Assembly: GCA_043800705.1 (NCBI GenBank)
Contig: JAZDMS010000021.1
Location: 21,527 to 85,526 of the forward strand
Direction: 5' to 3'
Length of the DNA stretch: 64,000 nt
Source: Candidatus Altiarchaeota archaeon
GTDB lineage: Archaea; Altiarchaeota; Altiarchaeia; IMC4; SCGC-AAA252-I15
Of the stretch, positions 29,840-38,031 are shown in pieces. Position 1 is the stretch's first letter; every line of letters begins with the position of its first letter. Both the position numbers and the translations under genes were made by a program. The notes below the pieces were generated by a model. That model saw only the letters and a list, made by a program, of their open reading frames with translations, searched no databases and was not told the origin of the DNA.

Positions 29840-30463
29840 TTATTTTGCGCCCAGATACGGCTTCATCTCATCCTCGGTGTAGCTCTTGTAGCCGTCCTTC
29901 GTGATGGTCACAAGCTCCATGCCGTCGCCGGTGTGAGAATCCCTCGCAAGCGCGCTCCTGAGCGCCTTAATCGCCACGGGAATGTTCTCCTGGACGGTCC
30001 TGTTCTCGCTGTAGTCCTGGTCCAGGACGCCGTATGCCATCGGGCTGCCGGAGCCTGTAGAGGCCATCTGCTCCTCTATGAGGCCCCCTATCGGGTCGAG
30101 CGTGAATATCTTCGACTCTCCCCGCACGTATCCGCCGATTATCAGCTGGACCATGTAGGGGAAGTATTTGCTGCCTTGGAGTATGTTAGCCATCAGGACG
30201 CTCACGGATTGGGTGCTCATCTTCTCCCCGTTGTTCATCTCGTAGAGCCTGGCCTCCGCCTGGATGAGCCGCATCAGGGATTCAGCATCGCCGACGCTGC
30301 CTGCGACGGTCGAGCCCACGCAGTCGTTTATGTTGAAGCTCTTCTTGGCCTTCTTGCTGGCTATGAAGCCGCCCCAGCTGGCCCTCTTGTCGGTCGCGAA
30401 TACGACCCCGTCGCTGCACGTCAATCCGATGGTTGTAGTACCTTCCAAAATTTTAGATTCCAA
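29840..30463 (-). CDS. psmB: Proteasome subunit beta
   Basis: GTTTIG, DKRAS, AGSVGD and TGSGS; probable TTG start after GGAGG. Confidence 0.96.
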   Translation of the reverse strand: MESKILEGTTTIGLTCSDGVVFATDKRASWGGFIASKKAKKSFNINDCVGSTVAGSVGDAESLMRLIQAEARLYEMNNGEKMSTQSVSVLMANILQGSKYFPYMVQLIIGGYVRGESKIFTLDPIGGLIEEQMASTGSGSPMAYGVLDQDYSENRTVQENIPVAIKALRSALARDSHTGDGMELVTITKDGYKSYTEDEMKPYLGAK

Positions 30464-30555
30464 AGAAACCGCCTCCAATAGAAGTAAGGCTTTAAAATTA
30501 TTGTAGAAACTATATGGCATCATGCCTATATAAATGAACCGGTATTCCGCGACTT

Positions 30556-30620
30556 TGCTCCTAAATACTGTTTTGCTCCTTTTTATTTGGGGTTGCTCCT
30601 TTTTAACGAAAACTGCTCCT
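30556..30620 (+). repeat. Left-end TGCTCCT box array
   Basis: Boxes start at 30556, 30574, 30594 and 30614. Confidence 0.93.
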
Positions 30621-30623
30621 TTA

Positions 30624-31232
30624 CTATTGGTTTGAACGGTCTATATCATCTATTTTATCGTTTTTTGTGATTATGGTCATTTTTCTTTCGCTGAGATTTA
30701 TTGAGGATAACATAGGCTCATATAACTCAAAAAATTTCTCAAGGTCAAACCATTGGTCATCTAGTCCTTGAATAATCTTTCCATTTCTACAAGAGAGTAT
30801 TCCTTCTGCAAAGGGGCCCCAATTAGTATATCTCCACCACATTGCCCCTCTCTTTAGAGTTGATTCATAAGGAAAATTAGGTCGTGCAAAAATTGTATGA
30901 TATAAGCCAGTACATTGCCCTATGCGTTCATAAAATCTAGGCAGTGCGTAATAAATTATTCCATTAAATTTATTTTGAAGAAGGTTATGCTGTTCTTTAT
31001 CTAACTCCCAATAGATAGTCCTGCCATTACACTTGGCAGCCTTGAATTGTAAACCAAAAATTTTGTTACCAACTCTAAAAAGTTCATCTGCTGGGAACCT
31101 GGATTCTTGTTTAGGGCTTAGGCTTATCCATTCAACAGCAAAACCCCGCCTTCTAAAATATTCTTCGATACAGGGTACGATTCGTATTGTATACTCCCTT
31201 TCTATGAGTCGGGGATATGTTATTTTAATCAC
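30624..31232 (-). CDS. Putative PD-(D/E)XK nuclease (QxK variant)
   Basis: N-terminal E helix (IEREY), ESRFPAD and GLQFKA. Confidence 0.6.
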   Translation of the reverse strand: MIKITYPRLIEREYTIRIVPCIEEYFRRRGFAVEWISLSPKQESRFPADELFRVGNKIFGLQFKAAKCNGRTIYWELDKEQHNLLQNKFNGIIYYALPRFYERIGQCTGLYHTIFARPNFPYESTLKRGAMWWRYTNWGPFAEGILSCRNGKIIQGLDDQWFDLEKFFELYEPMLSSINLSERKMTIITKNDKIDDIDRSNQ

Positions 31233-31246
31233 CCATTTTGTAGTGC

Positions 31247-32419
31247 CTAACTTACTAATATCTCGTGAACATCCGTCATAATTTTTTTAACTTCCGGTTT
31301 TGTATGTTCTTTTGCTTCGACATATGGAAGATATGTTTTTTTAGTGTCTGAATTAACAATCTTTTTTGAGAGTTCCTTTAGTTCATAATAGAAGGTGTGC
31401 ATCTTATGAACCTTAAGTCCAGGTAACACATGTTGGGGAGTATAAATCTCTTCTAGTGAATACTTTTTACATGTCGGACAAGTACAATGGGGGTCTTTTT
31501 TTATTATCTCATTTTTTCTGTATGCTCCATAGTCGTCTGTTAGCATATACCTACATTTTTCTGGTACTAGTGGTCCTCCCCCCCAAATTACGTTTGATAT
31601 TGTGTCTATCCCATACGCATGGACAAGAACATCGGTAGCTGGTGATATGCCTTTCGTGGATTTCCTATTTGTGGCGACATTGAAAGCATGTAGGTAATAT
31701 TTTTCGTTTTTTTCGCTATTACCTTTAATTTTCAACGAATTGCGGATAGTACGGATAACTGCTCTTAAGAGGGCAGAAGGATAAGATGAACCACTAAAAT
31801 CTACTCCGAATATCCTACATTCCTTGTCCTGCCTCAAATATTCTTTTACTATATCTGCCGCCAAGCTCACATCATCTAAACGAGGGATATATGCCATCAT
31901 TGGCTTTTCGTAATTAAACGTTTGGATTTCGTTTATAGTTCGTTCAATTACCTTTCCCACTATCTTTCTACTACTTACCCCGCCGGGTATGGGCGTAACC
32001 ACTATATCCGTGCCAGTTTCAAGTTCGGCTCCAACGATACTAGACGCTTGTAAATCAGTTATCGTGTGATGCGGATAGATTACTCCATCGACATCGTAAG
32101 TATTTGGTATTCTCGGATACACTATGTTTATGGTTTTTCTAGGGTTGAGTAGCCTAGCAGAAAGCCTATTTTGTAAATCGGTTATAGCTGATGCGGACGT
32201 CCCAATCTGGCTAAAGGTATCATACCCTAGATTTTCACCTGCAATATTGATGGTCGAATCAGGGTACTCATAGCCAGCTATCTTAGCGTATATCTCAGCA
32301 TCCCTGCTGGTTATCCCATGAATAGGCCCAATGGCCTTTTTACCGTTAATCTCAAGACTTAAGCTCCTAGCAAGGCTTACACTGTCTTGTCCTATCACTT
32401 CTAATTCAAAAGAGGTCAT
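31247..32419 (-). CDS. tRNA-guanine transglycosylase (TGT)-fold protein, divergent
   Basis: TGT-like N-terminus (FELEVIGQD..AR), YLHAFNV, AYGIDT and the Zn site CTCPTC...H. Confidence 0.7.
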   Translation of the reverse strand: MTSFELEVIGQDSVSLARSLSLEINGKKAIGPIHGITSRDAEIYAKIAGYEYPDSTINIAGENLGYDTFSQIGTSASAITDLQNRLSARLLNPRKTINIVYPRIPNTYDVDGVIYPHHTITDLQASSIVGAELETGTDIVVTPIPGGVSSRKIVGKVIERTINEIQTFNYEKPMMAYIPRLDDVSLAADIVKEYLRQDKECRIFGVDFSGSSYPSALLRAVIRTIRNSLKIKGNSEKNEKYYLHAFNVATNRKSTKGISPATDVLVHAYGIDTISNVIWGGGPLVPEKCRYMLTDDYGAYRKNEIIKKDPHCTCPTCKKYSLEEIYTPQHVLPGLKVHKMHTFYYELKELSKKIVNSDTKKTYLPYVEAKEHTKPEVKKIMTDVHEILVS

Positions 32420-32450
32420 AGATAGTATATAGTTGCTTGGATTTAAAAGG

Positions 32451-32606
32451 TTATCGGTTGGTTACACCATTTTGTTTCCTAAGTTCATGTAGAATTGCCG
32501 TCTCAACAAATTTGCCTATTGTAAGGTCTAAATCTATCGATTTCTTCTTTGCTTCCTTCCATACCTCTTTGTCTAGCCTTAGACTAACTGTAGTTCTTTC
32601 TGTCAT
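32451..32606 (-). CDS. Small ribbon-helix-helix-like DNA-binding protein (not in the ORF track)
   Basis: Manual translation: MTERTTVSLRLDKEVWKEAKKKSIDLDLTIGKFVETAILHELRK; GTGAT RBS. Confidence 0.7.
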   Translation of the reverse strand: MTERTTVSLRLDKEVWKEAKKKSIDLDLTIGKFVETAILHELRKQNGVTNR

Positions 32607-32701
32607 ATTTATCACATTATATTATGTAATATTGCATTCAAATATTTAAATAAAAGTGTAAACAATAATGTAATAATGTAATAATTTTAACCCTAGTTAC
32701 C

Positions 32702-33907
32702 TTAATATGCCGTAAATGTTGGATTTACCCCTAATTCATGCATTTCCTGTATCAGTACGCAGATATTGTGGCAGATGAACTTGCATAGTAGCTCGTTCAC
32801 CTGCGCCTTGTATTTCTTCGATTTCAGTTTGTCGCCGAACTTCGCCTTAACCATATTCATCGTGGATTCTACGTTGCTTCTTTGGTGGTAGTGCTGTAGG
32901 AACTCCTCTCGGTTCAGTTGAAAGTAGTGGTACATTCTCGTCCACGTTAATGAACCTCTGCTTTTACCGGTGTCATTTTTCTTGAACGGCAGGTAAGCAG
33001 TCGCCCCTATCTTGTTCGCCAAGTTGTAGTTATCTCTGCTCGTGTATGCTTTATCGGCAGTTATCTCCTTGATTTCAAAACCGCCCTCGTAAGCTTCTGT
33101 TATCAATGGAGCGAACTGCGGGCAGTCTGCTCCGTTCTCTGGCGTGATTTTTGCGGAGGCTATCACGTTGGTTTTCGTGCCGACAAGAACGTGCGCCTTA
33201 ACCCAATGATGCTGTCGTCTCGTATTGTGTTTCTCGACGCAGTATTGGTTGAATTGTGTGCTTCGGAATCCTGTGCTGTCAGGCCCGAATGTCGTCTCGA
33301 CGCTTTTCAACGGCAGGGCAGATACCGTAAGGAGCTTGTGCAGTATCGGCGTTATGTCCTCCCTCGGCAGGAACTTGTTGATTGCGTTGAAGTTCGGAGT
33401 CTTGCTAACCTGCTCCCTCTCCTGGGCGTTCCGGTATAGTGTGTGCGCTCTCCTGCTCGACAGACCTGAGTAGACCTTCTGGATAGAGCAGAACAAATCA
33501 TCTCTCAGGCTTATCGGCTTGCGCCCTACAAGGTTAGGGTCACGCTGTGGCTCGTCCACGTTGTCCACTAAGTCCCGCAGGAGCTTGTCGAAAAATGTTA
33601 TCTCCTGCGTCTGTGCCTTGTTATAAGCCGTCCAGTCCTGTTTGTATGTGACTTTCTTGGTTTCAGTCACGGTGGTTGTTCCGTTCTTTTCAACGGTCTT
33701 GCTGATGGTGTGCATCACTGCGTAGCTGTGCTTGCAGGTCACACCCCTAGTCTGGCAGTCTGGGCAGTCGCATACGTAGCGTCCTTCTTTGCGCTGGACG
33801 AAGTATGCGCCGCTCCCGCCTTGTGCTGGCACTATCCACCCATGCTTTGTCTGTTCTAAGCCGCCTTTTTCAGCGATTTGTATTCCTCTCATTTCCCGTG
33901 CATCCAT
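32702..33907 (-). CDS. DDE transposase (IS4/IS5-like) with an N-terminal SWIM zinc finger
   Basis: CDCPDCQTRGVTCKH; catalytic segments DSTGF, ADKAY and YHQRSNVE. Confidence 0.92.
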   Translation of the reverse strand: MDAREMRGIQIAEKGGLEQTKHGWIVPAQGGSGAYFVQRKEGRYVCDCPDCQTRGVTCKHSYAVMHTISKTVEKNGTTTVTETKKVTYKQDWTAYNKAQTQEITFFDKLLRDLVDNVDEPQRDPNLVGRKPISLRDDLFCSIQKVYSGLSSRRAHTLYRNAQEREQVSKTPNFNAINKFLPREDITPILHKLLTVSALPLKSVETTFGPDSTGFRSTQFNQYCVEKHNTRRQHHWVKAHVLVGTKTNVIASAKITPENGADCPQFAPLITEAYEGGFEIKEITADKAYTSRDNYNLANKIGATAYLPFKKNDTGKSRGSLTWTRMYHYFQLNREEFLQHYHQRSNVESTMNMVKAKFGDKLKSKKYKAQVNELLCKFICHNICVLIQEMHELGVNPTFTAY

Positions 33908-33920
33908 TTACATCACCTAC

Positions 33921-33957
33921 TATATACCTATATAGTATATTACTCCATAGGTATATA
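33921..33957. promoter_or_regulatory. Inverted repeat in the divergent transposase / Zn-finger promoter
   Basis: TATATACCTAT-N15-ATAGGTATATA overlapping TATA-like sequence. Confidence 0.55.
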
Positions 33958-34040
33958 AATACTTATCGGTGATGGGATATGTTTATTGGAGTATATACTT
34001 GGTATTTATATACCTGAAAATAATATACTACCTGATAAAG

Positions 34041-34205
34041 ATGGCGTCGAAGGTTGAAATCAAAGTTATGGGCTATCATTGCGAACGATGCGGATACGAA
34101 TGGGTGCCAAGGAACGATAAAGTCTCTCCGAGAGTGTGCCCAAAATGTAAAAGCCCCTACTGGGACAAACCGAGGAAAAAACAAGCTCAAGGAGGAATAA
34201 GTTAA
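34041..34205 (+). CDS. Small C4 zinc-ribbon protein
   Basis: CERCGYEW...VCPKCKSPYW. Confidence 0.8.
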   Translation: MASKVEIKVMGYHCERCGYEWVPRNDKVSPRVCPKCKSPYWDKPRKKQAQGGIS

Positions 34206-34281
34206 ATATTTTTCTATCGCTCTCTTTGTACACCTATTTAAGCTAAGCTAGTTTAGATAGTAATTGCATGATGAAGTAGAT

Positions 34282-34872
34282 ATGGCAACTGAGGTTAGGG
34301 ATTATTTCATCTTAGATGTAGAGACTAGTCCTATTGATTTTGAAGCATATGATACTCTCTCTGAAGAGGAAAAATTAAAAAAGCTGAATCCAATTGATTC
34401 AAGGATAGTAGCAATTGGTATTCGGTATCGTGGTGTAGACACTATATTTTCTCAGGAGGATGAAAAAGAATTATTAGATGAATTTTGGTTACATTGGAAA
34501 ACAATAATTAAAGGTGGTAATCTAATCAAAGTTGTTGGATTCAATATAAATAATTTTGATTTACCATTCATTATTACTAGAAGTTATTTCCATGGAGTCG
34601 AAATATCCCCTTTTGTATTGAAAGATTTTATTATTGACATACGAGATAAAATTTCCGCTTATAGATACGGTCCTTGTAGAGGTACCTTAAAAGATTTTGG
34701 GCCTTGTGCAGGAGCAACAGTAATGGATATTGATGGAAGTGCTGTTCCTAAGCTCTACCATGAGGGCAAGACTGAGGAAATAATTAAATATCTAAAAAAT
34801 GACTTACTAATGACAGATAAGGTTTTTCAGAGAATACGTGATACCAAAATAGTTTATATTGATAGGTGGTAA
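34282..34872 (+). CDS. DEDDy 3'-5' exonuclease (RNase H-like fold)
   Basis: ExoI LDVET, ExoII GFNINNFDLPF, ExoIII YLKND. Confidence 0.85.
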   Translation: MATEVRDYFILDVETSPIDFEAYDTLSEEEKLKKLNPIDSRIVAIGIRYRGVDTIFSQEDEKELLDEFWLHWKTIIKGGNLIKVVGFNINNFDLPFIITRSYFHGVEISPFVLKDFIIDIRDKISAYRYGPCRGTLKDFGPCAGATVMDIDGSAVPKLYHEGKTEEIIKYLKNDLLMTDKVFQRIRDTKIVYIDRW

Positions 34873-34875
34873 CTT

Positions 34876-35442
34876 ATGGATAAACTTCCCGCATCCAAAA
34901 AAGTAGAGGACGATGCTAATGACTCTGAAAATAAGTACGCTACAGTAAGCCTACAAGTCAACAATAAGCTGAAAGAAGCTATATTCTACATCGTCTCAAA
35001 ATGCAATGAAAAACCAAGTTTTGGAAGAGTAAACTTATGGAAACTATTGTATTTCTCAGATTTTAATTTCTATAAGAAGCACTATGTCTCGATAACGGGG
35101 GAAGAATATAGAAAGTTGGACCTGGGCCCAGGACCAGTTCATTTTGATACTACTATAAATGCCCTTACCTCTGAAGGGTTTATTGAAGAAAAGAAGCGGG
35201 GAGGAGCAAAATATGACCCTTATGTGTATACTATAAAAAAAGATATGAAGATTACCCATCTGGCCCCACAAGAATTAAGGCAAATTGACAACGTTATTCA
35301 TAAGTTAGGTGATTGTTCAGCTACTAAAATTAGCGAAATATCTCATAAGGATACCCCGTGGAAAGTTACTGACGATAAAGAGATAATAGATTATGACCTC
35401 GTTTTTTATAGGCATGACGCGGTTGCGGCTCAAGTAGAATAA
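34876..35442 (+). CDS. Panacea (DUF4065/SocA-like) antitoxin
   Basis: LWKLLYFSDF, ITGEEY...GP and ISEISHKDTPW. Confidence 0.88.
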   Translation: MDKLPASKKVEDDANDSENKYATVSLQVNNKLKEAIFYIVSKCNEKPSFGRVNLWKLLYFSDFNFYKKHYVSITGEEYRKLDLGPGPVHFDTTINALTSEGFIEEKKRGGAKYDPYVYTIKKDMKITHLAPQELRQIDNVIHKLGDCSATKISEISHKDTPWKVTDDKEIIDYDLVFYRHDAVAAQVE

Positions 35443-35443
35443 A

Positions 35444-35827
35444 ATGGACTCCGATTATGTGGAGGAATTTTATCCCCCCTTCAATAGTCATTTTAAAGCG
35501 TGCTTAAAAAACTTTAGACATACGTTTGAGGAAGATTTTGGGCGGCTTAGAAAAGTTGTTTTAATTGAAAGGGAATCTGCAAGCTGCACTGATAAAATCG
35601 CTAATCTAGGTAGTGAGGTATCGTTACCAGTATATAAAATCCATATGCACGTTAAACAAGCAAGTGGAAAAATTGGCCGTGTTATATTCATACTAGACAA
35701 ACCACAAAAAAGGATAGTGTACGTTGATATTTACACAAAAAACAAACAATCAAACCACGATTCTAAGTGGATAAGAGAAGCATATACGTGGTATGTGGAA
35801 TATATTAGTAAAGTACCTCCTTATTAA
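35444..35827 (+). CDS. RelE/HigB-like toxin
   Basis: VYKI...GKIGRVIF...IVYVDIYTK; starts 1 nt after the antitoxin stop. Confidence 0.6.
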   Translation: MDSDYVEEFYPPFNSHFKACLKNFRHTFEEDFGRLRKVVLIERESASCTDKIANLGSEVSLPVYKIHMHVKQASGKIGRVIFILDKPQKRIVYVDIYTKNKQSNHDSKWIREAYTWYVEYISKVPPY

Positions 35828-35860
35828 CAATACATCAGGACCAGGACCATGAGCTACATT

Positions 35861-35938
35861 TGCTCCTTTTTACCCCCGGCTGCTCCTAAATGGTTTTAGA
35901 TGCTCCTTTATGCTGCTCCTATTTGAAGTTAAGGAGCA
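35861..35938 (+). repeat. Right-end TGCTCCT box array
   Basis: Direct boxes at 35861, 35881, 35901 and 35914; one inverted AGGAGCA at 35932. Confidence 0.93.
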
Positions 35939-36001
35939 AAGCCGGTATTCCGCCGGTTGCCGTGGTTCTCCCTTTTTTATCGGGCAATCCAAGTATATTT
36001 G

Positions 36002-37084
36002 ATGTCCCGCCTCTTCAAGAGCCGGAATAAGAAGCTCGGCATGCCGCCCGGGACGCCGGTCTTCGTCGGCGATGCGAAGAGCGCCCCCACCAGGATCACC
36101 GTGATCGACTACGACGTGAACAGGTATGAGGAGCGGGAGATCGCCTCCGTGGACGAGTGCGCGGTATTCAAGGAGTCCCCGTCTGTCACGTGGATGAACA
36201 TCGTGGGGGTCCAGGACGTCCCGGTCATTCAGAAGATCGGCGAATGCTTCAAATTCCATCCCCTGCTCATAGAGGACATAGTCAACACGGACCACCGCCC
36301 CAAGATAGAGGATTTCGGGGACTACATCTTCATAGTCCTGAAGATGCTGCAGTACGACAAGGCGAAGAAGGCGGTAAAGGTCGAGCACTCGTGCCTCGTC
36401 GTGGGCGCCAACTTCGTCCTTCTCTTCCAGGAGGACGCCGGCGACGTCTTCGACCCGATCCGCGAGCGCATCAAGGCCGGCAAGAGCCAGCTGAGAAGGA
36501 GCGGGCCGGACTACCTCACCTACAGGCTGATCGACGCGATCGTCGACAACTACTTCACGGTTTTGGAGGAGATCGGGGAGGATATAGAGTCCCTGGAGGA
36601 TGAGGTCGTGGGCAAGCCTAGCGTCGGGACACTGGAGGCCATCCACCGGCTGAAGAAGGAGATGATATTCCTCAGGAGGTCCGTCTGGCCGCTGAGGGAG
36701 GCGATCCTGGCCATGGAAAGGAGCGAGAACCCCCTGATCAGGAAGACGACGAAGGTCTACCTCCGCGACGTCTACGACCATACGGTCCACATCATAGATA
36801 CACTGGAGACGTTCAGGGACATCGTCTCCGGGATGCTGGACATCTACCTGTCGAGCATCAACAACAAGCTCAACGAGGTGATGAGGGTCCTTACCGTCAT
36901 CGCCACATTCTTCATGCCCCTCACGTTCCTGGCCGGGGTCTACGGGATGAACTTCCACGTCGAGAAGAGCCCCTTTAACATGCCTGAGCTGACCTGGTAC
37001 TTCGGATACCCCCTCTTCTGGACCGCCTGCATCCTGATATCGGCAGTGATGTGGTTGTATTTCAGAGGGAAAAAGTGGATGTGA
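36002..37084 (+). CDS. corA: Magnesium/cobalt transporter CorA
   Basis: GMPPGT, HPLLIEDI, RPKIE, YGMNF and MPEL. Confidence 0.96.
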   Translation: MSRLFKSRNKKLGMPPGTPVFVGDAKSAPTRITVIDYDVNRYEEREIASVDECAVFKESPSVTWMNIVGVQDVPVIQKIGECFKFHPLLIEDIVNTDHRPKIEDFGDYIFIVLKMLQYDKAKKAVKVEHSCLVVGANFVLLFQEDAGDVFDPIRERIKAGKSQLRRSGPDYLTYRLIDAIVDNYFTVLEEIGEDIESLEDEVVGKPSVGTLEAIHRLKKEMIFLRRSVWPLREAILAMERSENPLIRKTTKVYLRDVYDHTVHIIDTLETFRDIVSGMLDIYLSSINNKLNEVMRVLTVIATFFMPLTFLAGVYGMNFHVEKSPFNMPELTWYFGYPLFWTACILISAVMWLYFRGKKWM

Positions 37085-38031
37085 AGGGGATTCTGAAAAG
37101 CAGGGGCGCATTTGCGGGGGCCGCGTACGCGGCCGTCTCTTACGCCGTGATCGCGGCCCTCAGCTACGGGAGTCCTTTTGTCATTTCCGGCTCTTGGGCC
37201 TTTCTGTTCGTCGCCCCCATCTACCTGACACATGCCATCCTGATATTCGTCGTCTGACTCCCTTTCGCACTCCTTGGAATGCGCTTTTATGACCTTGGAA
37301 TGCGCTTTGATGACCTGGCTATGCCGGTCCTGACTCTCGCCAATATTATCCTGTGGGCTTTCCTTGGCGCATACATCCAGCATTTGAAACTGTTGTCTTT
37401 GAAAAAACGAAATATTCCATTCTACTTTTCAGTTGCGGTCATCCTGTACAACCTGCTCACAGTCGGCTGTATCGGCTGCAATTACGGCACCGTCCTATTG
37501 TCGCTCGTCCTTGTTTTTGCGGCATGGATTATCTGGGCTGACCTTACGATGCCGGTCTTAATAGCCCATCTCCTGGTGTTTTTCATGATCTCCCAGCTCG
37601 GAGGCTTCTGCCCCTGCGGCCCGATGGGGCCGACGGCGACGGGCTTCGCGAAGCTGAAGCCGCAGCTTGCGGGCACATACGTCACAGGCCATTTAGGCAC
37701 TACGAATTTCATCTTCACCAACGGGGCTGCCGGGACGATACGGGTGCAGAGCGTCGCGGTAGAGGACCTGGTCTCGCCGGTCGCATCGCCTTGCGCCGGC
37801 GCCAATGCGCTTCAGTCGAATTCGGCGGACCTGGTCGGCGAGAATGCAGACTCGAGGACTGTCGTGGTCCCATACGGCGAGAACCTCAGGATCTCCAACC
37901 AGGGCTGCCTCTCGGCCATGGAGACGGGGGAGGTCTACAACGCGAGGGTCCGGATCACATACGCGATAGACGTGAACGGAAAAAGAACCCTCGCGACGGA
38001 AACGGGGACGATAAGGGGGCCGGCGGAATGA
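37081..38031 (+). pseudogene. Multi-TM protein with a pilin-like C-terminal domain, interrupted by an in-frame TGA at 37255-37257
   Basis: The two tracked ORFs are in one frame and together align with the downstream paralogue. Confidence 0.7.

Larger units (their letters stand above)
30551..35943. mobile_element. Cargo-carrying DDE transposon (5,393 bp)
   Basis: Flanking direct repeat GGTATTCCGC (30541-30550, 35944-35953); terminal inverted repeats GACTTTGCTCCT / AGGAGCAAAGCC (11/12); internal transposase; abrupt AT-rich shift at these ends. Confidence 0.9.

Noticed and set aside
30556-30620. TGCTCCT arrays as a CRISPR array
   Set aside because: The repeats are only 7-10 bp with 11-13 bp gaps, no cas genes are present, and they sit at both ends of a transposon.
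31247-32419. Housekeeping archaeosine tRNA-guanine transglycosylase
   Set aside because: It lacks DSGG and the C-terminal PUA region, has foreign composition and lies within a transposon.
37255-37257. In-frame TGA as selenocysteine or a reassigned codon
   Set aside because: It aligns with Thr rather than Cys in the paralogue, and many genes here end in TGA with ATGA overlaps, so TGA is a stop codon.
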